The notes beneath the pieces are model-generated. The model saw only the letters and a program-made list of their open reading frames with translations, ran no database searches and had not been told where the DNA came from. Shown in pieces: positions 19,146-28,126 of a stretch of DNA of 64,000 nucleotides. The DNA comes from Clostridiales bacterium DTU053 (GTDB lineage Bacteria; Bacillota; Clostridia; Oscillospirales; Acutalibacteraceae). Within the stretch, counting starts at the first letter, position 1. Each line of letters starts with the position of its first letter. The DNA lies in the NCBI GenBank assembly GCA_001512765.1, contig LFSO01000019.1, positions 70,969-134,968 of the forward strand, in the 5' to 3' direction. Position numbers and translations under genes: made by a program.

Positions 19146-21803
19146 ATGAAGTACTACCTTGAGAATGTCTCAGAAGTATTGCGAAAAGTTTCCGCAACCG
19201 AAAACGGCCTTAGCTCCCAAGAGGCCGCAAAACGACTTGAGCAGAATGGCAGGAATAAGCTCAAGGAAGCAGAGAAGGAGTCCTTGATTAAGAGATTCTT
19301 CGACCAGCTTAAGGACCCCATGCTGATTATTCTCATCATCGCTTCAATCGTTTCAGCGGTTACCACCTTCATTTCCAACCGAACTTCCGGGCACAGCGAA
19401 GGATATGCGGATTTTTTCATCATTATGATTGTTGTGCTTATCAACGCTGTTCTCGGTGTGTATCAGGAAAGCAAGGCTGAAAAGGCCATTGAGGCACTGC
19501 AGAAGCTGTCAGCCGCTACCTCAAAGGTACTTAGAGACGGCAAAATAGTCACCATACCCAGCGAGGAGCTTGTTGTCGGCGATTTTGTTCTGCTTGAAGC
19601 AGGCGACGCTGTACCCGCCGACGGCAGAATACTTAGCTGCGCCAGCATGAAAGTGGAAGAAGCCGCGCTTACCGGTGAGAGCGTTCCCGTAAGCAAAACG
19701 GAAGAGACATTGAGCGGCGGCGGCAGCGACGATATTCCGCTCGGTGACCGCAAGAACATGGTTTACATGGGCAGCACCGTTGTCTACGGCAGAGGTACAG
19801 CAGTTATCACCGCAACGGGCATGGATACCGAAATGGGCAAGATAGCCGACGCCCTTGCCACCGCTGAGGAGGGCCAGACTCCCCTGCAGCTCAAGCTCGC
19901 TCAGCTCAGCAAGATACTCAGCATTCTAGTACTCGGCATCTGCCTCTTTATGTTCATCTTTACAATCGTAATTCAGAGAAAGACCGAGTTTATAGATATT
20001 CTTAATGTCTTTATGCTTGCGGTAAGCCTTGCGGTTGCCGCCATCCCCGAAGGTCTCGCGACGGTTGTTACAATAGTTCTTTCGATCGGCGTTACCAACA
20101 TGTCAAAGAGAAACGCCATTATAAGAAAGCTGACCGCAGTTGAAACCCTGGGCTGCGCTCAGATAATATGCAGCGACAAGACGGGAACACTTACACAAAA
20201 CAAGATGACCGTTGTTGAGCATTTCGGCGATGATGTGGACCTGCTTGCGACTGCCATGGCTTTGTGCAGCGACGCAGAGCTCCTTGAGGACGGCAGCATT
20301 GTCGGCGAGCCCACAGAGGCGGCTTTAGTCAGCTTCGCAAAGGAAAAGGGTCATCCCAAGCCCGAGCTTAAGGCAAAGGCTCCCAGAATCGGCGAGGCTC
20401 CCTTTGACAGCAACAGAAAGATGATGAGCACCGTTCACAACATAAACGGCAAGATATATCAGTATACCAAGGGCGCTCCCGATGAGGTCCTCAAAAGGTG
20501 TACAGCATATATCAGCGGCGGCGAAATCAAGCCCATGACCGACACAATGAGGGCTCAGATTGCAAACGCCAACAAGAACCTTGCAAGCAAGGCTTTGAGA
20601 GTTCTCTGCGCTGCTATGAGAATTCATAACGAGGCACCCGCCTCATTTGAGCCCGAGGCTCTTGAACGCGACCTTATCTTTATAGGTCTTACGGGCATGA
20701 TTGACCCAGTACGCCCCGAGGTTATCGACGCAGTTAAGGAGTGCAAGGAGGCAGGTATCCGCCCGATAATGATTACAGGCGACCACAAAGATACCGCCGT
20801 TGCAATCGCAAAACAGCTGGGACTTCTTGAAAGCGAAGAGGCCGCAATTACAGGCACAGAGCTTAATATGCTCAACGACGAGGAATTTGAAAACAGCATT
20901 GAGAAATACAGCGTTTATGCCCGCGTTCAACCCGAGCACAAGAGCCGCATAGTCAACGCATGGCGCCAAAAGGGCTATGTAACCGCCATGACTGGCGACG
21001 GCGTAAACGACGCGCCCAGCATTAAGAACGCCGACATCGGCGTGGGCATGGGCATTACCGGTACGGATGTTACCAAGAATGTTGCTGATATGGTTCTTGC
21101 CGACGACAACTTTGCAACAATAGTCAACGCGGTTGAAGAAGGCAGAAGAATCTACGACAATATCAGAAAGGCAATTCAGTTCCTGCTTGCCTCCAACCTC
21201 AGTGAAGTTCTGGTTATCTTTGCTGCAACGCTCATGGGCTTTACAATTCTCTATCCCGTTCACCTTCTCTGGATTAACCTTATTACAGACGCATTCCCCG
21301 CACTCTCCCTCGGCTTTGAAAAGGCTGAGAAGAATATAATGAAGCGCAAGCCCAGAAATCCCAAAGACGGTGTATTTGCCGGCGGTATCGGTTTTGACAT
21401 CGCATATCAGGGTATTGCGGTTGCCATATTGACATTTGCCGCTTACTTTATAGGTCACTACATCGAAACAAAGACATGGACCGCCACAAACAGCGCAGAC
21501 GGCACCACGATGGCGTTTCTGACTTTGAGCATGGCGGAGATTTTCCACAGCTTCAATATGCGCAGCCAGAGAGGCAGCATTTTCTCGGTAAAGGGTCAGA
21601 ACAAGTTCCTGTGGTTTGCAGCCATCTCCAGCTTCTTAATGACCTGCCTTGTAATCTATGTTCCCTTCCTCAGCAACGCGTTCAACTTTACCCACATCAG
21701 CCTTGAGGAGTTCGCGGTAGCGATGGTTCTGGCATTCGCAATTGTCCCGATTGTAGAAATCGTAAAGCTTATAACAAGGCTTGCGACAAAGAAAAAATCA
21801 TAG
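19146..21803 (+). CDS. P2-type cation-transporting ATPase (Ca2+/Mn2+ efflux type)
   Basis: 885 aa. LTGESVP actuator, CSDKTGTLTQN phosphorylation site, IPEGL in TM4, GDGVNDAPS hinge and WINLITDAFPALSLG in TM6. Confidence 0.9.
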   Translation: MKYYLENVSEVLRKVSATENGLSSQEAAKRLEQNGRNKLKEAEKESLIKRFFDQLKDPMLIILIIASIVSAVTTFISNRTSGHSEGYADFFIIMIVVLINAVLGVYQESKAEKAIEALQKLSAATSKVLRDGKIVTIPSEELVVGDFVLLEAGDAVPADGRILSCASMKVEEAALTGESVPVSKTEETLSGGGSDDIPLGDRKNMVYMGSTVVYGRGTAVITATGMDTEMGKIADALATAEEGQTPLQLKLAQLSKILSILVLGICLFMFIFTIVIQRKTEFIDILNVFMLAVSLAVAAIPEGLATVVTIVLSIGVTNMSKRNAIIRKLTAVETLGCAQIICSDKTGTLTQNKMTVVEHFGDDVDLLATAMALCSDAELLEDGSIVGEPTEAALVSFAKEKGHPKPELKAKAPRIGEAPFDSNRKMMSTVHNINGKIYQYTKGAPDEVLKRCTAYISGGEIKPMTDTMRAQIANANKNLASKALRVLCAAMRIHNEAPASFEPEALERDLIFIGLTGMIDPVRPEVIDAVKECKEAGIRPIMITGDHKDTAVAIAKQLGLLESEEAAITGTELNMLNDEEFENSIEKYSVYARVQPEHKSRIVNAWRQKGYVTAMTGDGVNDAPSIKNADIGVGMGITGTDVTKNVADMVLADDNFATIVNAVEEGRRIYDNIRKAIQFLLASNLSEVLVIFAATLMGFTILYPVHLLWINLITDAFPALSLGFEKAEKNIMKRKPRNPKDGVFAGGIGFDIAYQGIAVAILTFAAYFIGHYIETKTWTATNSADGTTMAFLTLSMAEIFHSFNMRSQRGSIFSVKGQNKFLWFAAISSFLMTCLVIYVPFLSNAFNFTHISLEEFAVAMVLAFAIVPIVEIVKLITRLATKKKS

Positions 21804-21811
21804 ATTAAATT

Positions 21812-21842
21812 AGCCGCTGCAAAACGCAGCGGCTGTTTTTTT
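21812..21842 (+). terminator. intrinsic terminator after the ATPase
   Basis: AGCCGCTGC-aaaac-GCAGCGGCT followed by GTTTTTTT. Confidence 0.8.
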
Positions 21843-22131
21843 GCGCTTTTTTAAGGCTTTAGAGGGGTATTACAGCTCCCCTGCTCTTTTTGGCTCTCTA
21901 TTAACAAGAGAGACCCTTTTGATATTCGCAGGCAAGCTGCGGTGAAATCGCTTTCGCCGGATTAGATATTAGCAATAGGGATGAAAATTAGCGAAAATGC
22001 TTTTATATGCTTTAAATGCGGTATTAATCGGGCGATATAATGGCATTATGCTTATGTTAGGTTTACAGAGTATGCGTGTATTGATTAGGCAAATCAATCA
22101 AAGAAATATCTAACCTCGCGCTTTAAGGCAT

Positions 22132-22163
22132 AAAAAAACCGGCACCGTTTGAGCGGTGCCGGT
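22132..22163 (-). terminator. intrinsic terminator after the metallophosphoesterase gene
   Basis: Minus strand reads CCGGCACCG-ctcaaa-CGGTGCCGG followed by TTTTTTTA. Confidence 0.8.
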
Positions 22164-22171
22164 AAGTTTAA

Positions 22172-23347
22172 TTACAGCTTAATTCCGGGATAAATTGAGA
22201 AGATGTACTGGAGGAGATAGAGGAATACCTTTGCGAACTGAACGAGGTATGCGGGAACCTGAGCCATCTTGAGAGCGATAAACTCAGCTTCTGTAAACAA
22301 ATCGTTGTATGTAAAGGCCTCTGTCTCGTATGTGCCGTTCTCGTCAAGAACGAAGAGTCTTGCGCCTCTGACGGCGTCATCGCCGTAGGAGTGCATTGAA
22401 ACGCCTGCGGTCTGAATAAGGTCAATGCCCTTATATGTGCCTACAAAGCTGTTTATATGGTCGTGACCGAAAGCAATGCCCAGAAGGTCACCGCGCTCAA
22501 CGAATGCGTCGAACTGACCGCTGTTTACAACGGGCGGGCAGGAGAACTCACCCAGATAGCCTGTTGCCATTTCGGGGTTGAGCTTGAGGGCATAGGTCTT
22601 GCCGTTGTATTCCTTTGTCGGGCTGTCACCGGGCTGAGCCTCGAGATACAGCTCATAGATTTCCGGAACGGGAATGTGCTGGAACGCAAGGGAAGGAACC
22701 TTGTAGCCTGCCTGAGCCTCAAGAGCCTCGCTTGTTCTCTTGTACCACTCTATCTGGTCCTCGTGAACAAAGTCGTACTCTCTCTTGCCGGTGGAGTACT
22801 CATACATATTGGAGTCAAAAATCCAGATGTTGAAAGCAATCCTTGAACCGTCGGAGCTGAGAATTGTATGGTTGCAGGTTCCCATGCCTGAAAGATCAGG
22901 GTCTGCGTCGTATGCTATGCAGTTGGGATAGCTTCTGTAAACCTGATACATTCTCTCCTTGGAGATTGACTCAGCGTCGTGGTTGCCGAATGTAAAGGTG
23001 AAGGGAATGCCTGCCTTTGCAACCGGGTCGATAATAGCCTCAATTGCCATCTTGTTCAGAGGAGCAAGGGGCTGAACCACATTGTCGCCTGTAAATACTA
23101 CAAGGTCGGGTTTGTAAACTTCAAGAGTCTTCTCAATGAAGTTTACCATAAGAGGTGAATGCAGTGCTATATCCTGGCAGTCTGCAAACTGAATGATTCT
23201 GAACTTTCCGTCTTCGTTAAACTGAAGCTGGATGTCAGTGGGCTGAGTTACATCAATTGCGTCGGCAGCAAATGAGGAGAAAACCATTACAACGGACATT
23301 GCTGCGACCAGAAGTAAGCTCAAAATGCGCTTTGTGCTTTTTTTCAT
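22172..23347 (-). CDS. secreted calcineurin-like metallophosphoesterase
   Basis: 391 aa. Signal peptide (LLLVAAMSVVMVFSSFAADA), metallophosphatase motifs (FADCQD, VFTGDNV, FGNHD, GHDH) and a hydrophobic C-terminal tail. Confidence 0.75.
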   Translation of the reverse strand: MKKSTKRILSLLLVAAMSVVMVFSSFAADAIDVTQPTDIQLQFNEDGKFRIIQFADCQDIALHSPLMVNFIEKTLEVYKPDLVVFTGDNVVQPLAPLNKMAIEAIIDPVAKAGIPFTFTFGNHDAESISKERMYQVYRSYPNCIAYDADPDLSGMGTCNHTILSSDGSRIAFNIWIFDSNMYEYSTGKREYDFVHEDQIEWYKRTSEALEAQAGYKVPSLAFQHIPVPEIYELYLEAQPGDSPTKEYNGKTYALKLNPEMATGYLGEFSCPPVVNSGQFDAFVERGDLLGIAFGHDHINSFVGTYKGIDLIQTAGVSMHSYGDDAVRGARLFVLDENGTYETEAFTYNDLFTEAEFIALKMAQVPAYLVQFAKVFLYLLQYIFSIYPGIKL

Positions 23348-23475
23348 CCTACAACACTCCTGTAGTTTTAAAGTTTTATACCTATAAAATAAATCATTCT
23401 GCTCAAAATAGCAATAGAATCAGGTTAATTATTTGTAAACATTTAAGGCAGGATTAATCAAAGTGTGACAAAATA

Positions 23476-24438
23476 TTACAGGGTGGTCTTTAAGAGCTTA
23501 AGTCTGCCCGCCAAGGCTATTTTATCTTTGCATGCGGGAATGAAGATGCTGTCGCCTCTTTTTACGGGCATAACCTCGCCGCCGCAGCCGACGGCGCCGC
23601 TGCCTTCAAGTACAAGGAAGGATGTAAAGCTCTCCTCGGTCGCGTACTCTTCGGTTCTGCTTTCTACCTCTATAAGCTCCATTGTGAAGTATTCGCTCTT
23701 TTTAAGCAGGGTTTTGCAGCCGCCGCAGATTTCACTTCTTTCTCCCTCAGGCTCAAAGTTCGCCTCTGCCTTTGCGGTGTTTGCGACCTCGACGGCCTTG
23801 TCTATATGAAGCTCTCTTTTGCAGCCGTTTTTATCTATGCGGTCATAATCATATACTCTGTATGTAAGGTTGGAGCTTTGCTGAACCTCTGCAAGCAGAA
23901 TACCAGAGCCTATGGCATGCACGGTACCTGAGGGCAGATAGATTACATCTCCCCTTTTGACTTTGACGGTGTTCAGCACTTCGGAAAGGCTGCCGTTTTT
24001 GATTCTATCCTTAAACTCTTCCTTTGTTATGTCTCTGTTAAAACCGTAAACTATACATGCGTCCTCTTCGGCGTCTAAGACAAACCATGCCTCGGTCTTG
24101 CCGTTTGAGTTTTCAAACTCTCTCGCATAAGCGTTATCCGGGTGGACCTGAACCGACAGCTTGTCCTTGGCGTCAATGAGCTTTATAAGCAATGGGAACT
24201 CTGTTAAACCCTCCGCCTTTGTGCCGAGACACTCGGGGTCCATTGACTTTATTGTCTCCTCAAGGGTTCTGCCTGCGTACTCGCCGTTGCGGACAACGCT
24301 ATGTCCGTCCTTGTGGCCGGACAGTACCCATGCTTCGGCAATATTCGCCATAGAGACGCTATCAGGATACAATTCCATGAGCTTTTTGCCGCCCCAAATT
24401 ATCTCTTTCAATGACGGTTTGACAGAAAACAGCTTCAT
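23476..24438 (-). CDS. manA: mannose-6-phosphate isomerase, class I
   Basis: About 320 aa from ATG 24438 (GAGGTG 7 nt upstream). KEIIWGG, QVHPD and VHAIG cupin/PMI motifs. Confidence 0.85.
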   Translation of the reverse strand: MKLFSVKPSLKEIIWGGKKLMELYPDSVSMANIAEAWVLSGHKDGHSVVRNGEYAGRTLEETIKSMDPECLGTKAEGLTEFPLLIKLIDAKDKLSVQVHPDNAYAREFENSNGKTEAWFVLDAEEDACIVYGFNRDITKEEFKDRIKNGSLSEVLNTVKVKRGDVIYLPSGTVHAIGSGILLAEVQQSSNLTYRVYDYDRIDKNGCKRELHIDKAVEVANTAKAEANFEPEGERSEICGGCKTLLKKSEYFTMELIEVESRTEEYATEESFTSFLVLEGSGAVGCGGEVMPVKRGDSIFIPACKDKIALAGRLKLLKTTL

Positions 24439-24468
24439 TTGACAACACCTCAAGTGAAATTCCTGAAT

Positions 24469-24497
24469 ATGTTATCACATATCCGACAATTTTTCAA
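24469..24497 (-). promoter_or_regulatory. promoter for manA
   Basis: Minus strand reads TTGAAA (24497-24492), a 17-nt spacer, then TGaTAACAT (hexamer 24474-24469). Confidence 0.4.
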
Positions 24498-24711
24498 ACT
24501 ATTTTTGCACACAATTTAACAAAAAACTAACCATTTTGTTTACAAATCTGTAAATATTAATAAATTCGCTAAAATTTTATCTAAATTCAAAAATTTTGTC
24601 GATTTTTGACGAATTAATTTCCGTATTAGAATAACTGCATTTCAAATGCAAAACATAAATCAGAAGACATATATAAGCCACATAATTGAAGACAAATAAA
24701 TATAAAAGGAC

Positions 24712-24740
24712 TTTACATTTAATTTCCGCTGTGCTATAAT
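24712..24740 (+). promoter_or_regulatory. promoter for rpsO
   Basis: TTTACA (24712-24717), a 17-nt spacer, then TATAAT (24735-24740). It leaves a 5' UTR of roughly 115 nt. Confidence 0.55.
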
Positions 24741-24862
24741 ACAACAGCTGTCGGCTGCGGTCAGACAGCTTCCAGAATCTCGGTGCATGGATTAAACTCT
24801 CTTTGAGTTATTCACCTGCCTTGCTCTGGGGTCTCGGAAAAATCTTAATGAGGTGAAAAAGT

Positions 24863-25126
24863 ATGACACAAGAAGAAAAACAGGCCATAATGAAGGAATA
24901 CGGCCTTCATGAAGGCGACACCGGTTCACCGGAAGTACAGATTGCTCTTTTAACTTACAGAATCAACAATCTTACAGAGCATCTCAAGACACACAAGAAG
25001 GACCACCACTCCCGCCGCGGACTTCTTAAAATGGTAGGTCACAGGCGCAACCTTCTTGCTTATCTGCAAAAGAAAGATATCGAAAGATACCGTTCTATTA
25101 TTGCAAAGCTCGGCATCCGTAAATAA
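24863..25126 (+). CDS. rpsO: 30S ribosomal protein S15
   Basis: 87 aa. [14 protein letters not shown]...[16 protein letters not shown] signature. Confidence 0.97.
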   Translation: MTQEEKQAIMKEYGLHEGDTGSPEVQIALLTYRINNLTEHLKTHKKDHHSRRGLLKMVGHRRNLLAYLQKKDIERYRSIIAKLGIRK

Positions 25127-25133
25127 CAACCAA

Positions 25134-25167
25134 TTAGGGCGGGGGCTATTTCAGTCCATCGCCCTAA
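25134..25167 (+). terminator. hairpin/partial terminator between rpsO and pnp
   Basis: TTAGGGCG-18 nt-CGCCCTAA followed by ATTTAATTTA. The U-tract is weak, so readthrough into pnp is plausible. Confidence 0.45.
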
Positions 25168-25345
25168 ATTTAATTTATACAAATACTTATAACATTTTTT
25201 TTGCCGTAATGGCTATAATAATTTAGAATCCAAAGGTAAAGCACGCGGGTTAGCAGTGAATAGAGTGATTTGGCCCATGCGGAATCACTGTATTTATTGC
25301 TAAACGAGTGCTTGCCTTGGAAATATATATTTCAGAGGTAGTGAA

Positions 25346-27526
25346 ATGTTCGAAGAGTTCAGAAAATTTGAGACAACACTTGCCGGCAGACCGCTTGTTA
25401 TCGAAACTGGCAAGATGGCTCAGCTGGCCAGCGGTTCGTGCCTTGTAAGGTACGGTGAAACCGAAGTTCTCTGCACCGCCACCATGGCGGACAAACCCAG
25501 GGAAGGCATAGACTTCTTCCCCCTGTCTGTTGACTATGAAGAAAAGCTTTATGCCGTAGGCAAAATCCCCGGCTCTTTCCAGAGAAGAGAAGGCAGGGCA
25601 AGCGAAAAGGCTACCCTTGCTTCAAGACTTATTGACAGACCGATTAGACCTCTTTTCCCCAAAGATATGAGAAACGATGTGGGCATTATCGCAACCGTTA
25701 TGTCGGTTGACCCCGACTGCTCACCCGAGATTACCGCAATGATAGGCGTTTCCGTGGCTCTGAGCATTTCGGAGATTCCGTGGGACGGCCCCATCGCTGG
25801 CGTTGCCGTAGGTCTTGTTGACGGCGAAATCGTCATCAACCCCACAGAGGCTCAGAGAGAGGTTTCAGACCTTACTCTGACCGTCGCCTCCACCGACAGC
25901 CTTGTAGCCATGATTGAGGCAGCGGCAAACGAAGTGCCCGAGGATGTAATGCTGAAGGCAATCATGAAGGCACATGAAGTCAACCAAGAACTGGTTGAGT
26001 TTATTAAAGGCATTCAGAAGGAAATCGGAAAGCCGAAGGTAGACTTCCCGTCCAACGACCCGCCCGCCGAAATGTTTGAGGCAATCAAGGAATTTGCAAT
26101 TGACGACATTAAATTCGCCCTTGACACTAACGACAAGCGCATAAGAGAAGAGAGACTCAAACCCGTTTACGAAAAGGTTCACGAAAAGTTTGACGAGCTG
26201 TACCCTGAGGAGACCGTAAAGATAGACGACTGTCTGTATCTGCTGCAGAAGTATGTTGTCAGGCGCTGGCTCCTTGATGAGGGCAAGCGCGTAGACGGCA
26301 GAGGCATGGACGAAATCCGTCCGCTCGCCGCTGAAATTGATGTTCTCAGCCGAGTTCACGGCTCAGCACTCTTCACAAGAGGTCAGACGCAGGTATTGAC
26401 AGTTACAACACTCGGCACCGCAAGCGATGCTCAGAACCTTGACGGACTTGACAATGAGGAAATCAAGAGATATATGCACCACTACAACTTCCCCTCATTC
26501 TCCGTCGGCGAAACCAAGCCTCCCAGAGGTCCCGGAAGAAGGGAAATCGGTCACGGCGCGCTTGCGGAGAAGGCTCTCCTGCCCGTAATCCCGCCCGTTG
26601 AGGAGTTCCCCTACACCATAAGACTTGTTTCAGAGGTTCTCTCATCCAACGGCTCCACATCCCAGGGCGCAATCTGCTCATCCACTCTGTCGCTTATGGC
26701 GGCCGGCGTTCCGATTAAGGCTCCCGTAGCGGGCATTTCCTGCGGACTTGTGACCGAGGGCGACCGCTATATCACAATGGTGGACATTCAGGGCGTTGAG
26801 GACTTCTTCGGCGACATGGACTTTAAGGTAGGCGGCACAAAGAAGGGCATTACCGCCATTCAGATGGATATTAAGATTCACGGTCTTACCTTTGAGATAA
26901 TCGAGGAAGCTCTTGAAAAGACAAGGAAGGCAAGACTCTATATTCTTGACGAGGTCATGCTGCCCGTTATCTCCGAGCCGAGAAAAGAGCTTTCAAAATA
27001 CGCTCCCAAAATGCTCCTTACCAAGATTGACATTGACAAAATCGGCGATGTTATCGGAAAACAGGGCAAGGTCATTCAGAAGATTTGCTCCGAGTGCAAC
27101 TGCAAAGTCGATGTTGAGGAAGACGGTACTATTTATATCACCGCTATTGATATTGACGACGCAAGACGCGCTCTCAACATGATTGAGACCATTGCCAACG
27201 ACCCCGAGGTGGGCGCAATCTACAAGGGCGTTGTTACAAAGATTATGAGCTTCGGCGCATTCGTTGAAATTGCTCCCGGCAAGGAAGGTCTTGTTCACAT
27301 CAGCCACCTTGATGTAAAGCGCACCGAAAAGGTTGAGGATGTTGTTCATGTGGGCGATGAGATTATCGTTCAGGTTCTCGGCATCGACGAGCAAGACAGA
27401 ATCAATCTCTCAAGAAGAAACGCTCTTATTGAGGTTGAGGGTCTGACTCCCGAGAACACCCCCGCGCCCCGCCGCCCCGCCCCTCCGAGGCACGGTGGAA
27501 ATAAGCCCAACAACCGCCGCAGATAA
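25346..27526 (+). CDS. pnp: polyribonucleotide nucleotidyltransferase (PNPase)
   Basis: 726 aa. Two RNase PH domains, KH and S1 domains (GAIYKGVVTKIMSFGAFVEI) and a Pro/Arg-rich tail. Confidence 0.97.
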   Translation: MFEEFRKFETTLAGRPLVIETGKMAQLASGSCLVRYGETEVLCTATMADKPREGIDFFPLSVDYEEKLYAVGKIPGSFQRREGRASEKATLASRLIDRPIRPLFPKDMRNDVGIIATVMSVDPDCSPEITAMIGVSVALSISEIPWDGPIAGVAVGLVDGEIVINPTEAQREVSDLTLTVASTDSLVAMIEAAANEVPEDVMLKAIMKAHEVNQELVEFIKGIQKEIGKPKVDFPSNDPPAEMFEAIKEFAIDDIKFALDTNDKRIREERLKPVYEKVHEKFDELYPEETVKIDDCLYLLQKYVVRRWLLDEGKRVDGRGMDEIRPLAAEIDVLSRVHGSALFTRGQTQVLTVTTLGTASDAQNLDGLDNEEIKRYMHHYNFPSFSVGETKPPRGPGRREIGHGALAEKALLPVIPPVEEFPYTIRLVSEVLSSNGSTSQGAICSSTLSLMAAGVPIKAPVAGISCGLVTEGDRYITMVDIQGVEDFFGDMDFKVGGTKKGITAIQMDIKIHGLTFEIIEEALEKTRKARLYILDEVMLPVISEPRKELSKYAPKMLLTKIDIDKIGDVIGKQGKVIQKICSECNCKVDVEEDGTIYITAIDIDDARRALNMIETIANDPEVGAIYKGVVTKIMSFGAFVEIAPGKEGLVHISHLDVKRTEKVEDVVHVGDEIIVQVLGIDEQDRINLSRRNALIEVEGLTPENTPAPRRPAPPRHGGNKPNNRRR

Positions 27527-27537
27527 TATAAAATGAT

Positions 27538-27571
27538 ATGCAGTCTCCTGATTTTCAGGGGACTGCATTTG
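27538..27571 (+). terminator. hairpin terminator after pnp
   Basis: ATGCAGTCTCCTG-attt-tCAGGGGACTGCAT followed by TTTGC. The U-tract is short. Confidence 0.5.
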
Positions 27572-27595
27572 CAAAAAGTTAAAAGGGGTTTTGAT

Positions 27596-28030
27596 ATGAA
27601 GCTGCTTTTTATTAACGGTCCAAACCTCAATATGCTGGGAATAAGAGAGCCCGAGATTTACGGCAGCAAAACCTATGCGGACCTTGTGGAGTTTATTAAC
27701 GGATTCTGTAAGGAGCTGGGAATTGAGGCTGAGATTTTTCAGTCCAACCATGAGGGAGCGATTGTGGATAAAATACAGGAGGCTCTCGGAAAATTCGACG
27801 GCATTGTGATAAATCCCGCGGCCTATACGCATACGAGCGTTGCTATTTTAGACGCAGTAAAAGCGGTAGGGCTGCCGACGGTTGAGGTACATATCTCCGA
27901 TGTTTCAAAAAGGGAAGGCTTCAGACAGGTTTCTTATATCAGAGAAGCGTGCATAGCCACAATATCGGGTCAGGGCTTTGAGGGCTATAAAACCGCAGCC
28001 CTGACGCTGCTCAAGGAGCTTAATAAATAA
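27596..28030 (+). CDS. aroQ: type II 3-dehydroquinate dehydratase
   Basis: 144 aa from ATG 27596. INGPNLNMLGIREPEIYG and QSNHEG motifs. Confidence 0.93.
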   Translation: MKLLFINGPNLNMLGIREPEIYGSKTYADLVEFINGFCKELGIEAEIFQSNHEGAIVDKIQEALGKFDGIVINPAAYTHTSVAILDAVKAVGLPTVEVHISDVSKREGFRQVSYIREACIATISGQGFEGYKTAALTLLKELNK

Positions 28031-28043
28031 CAAATCCGAGTTT

Positions 28044-28085
28044 AACGGCAAAGGCGTAGCTGTGCTATTGTCTTTGCCGTTTTGC
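28044..28085 (+). terminator. terminator after aroQ
   Basis: AACGGCAAAG-18 nt-CTTTGCCGTT followed by TTGC. Confidence 0.5.
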
Positions 28086-28126
28086 TATGCTATCATTAAC
28101 GAAACCGCATGGAAAGAAGGTTTTAT

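Noticed and set aside
21843-22131. 290-bp gap between convergent terminators, with two extra weak hairpins (AGGGG...CCCCT, TCTCT...AGAGA) and a 19-codon ORF
   Set aside because: The stems are short (5 bp). The mini-ORF has its purine-rich tract directly abutting the ATG, so it has no usable RBS spacing. There is no recognisable RNA family signature.
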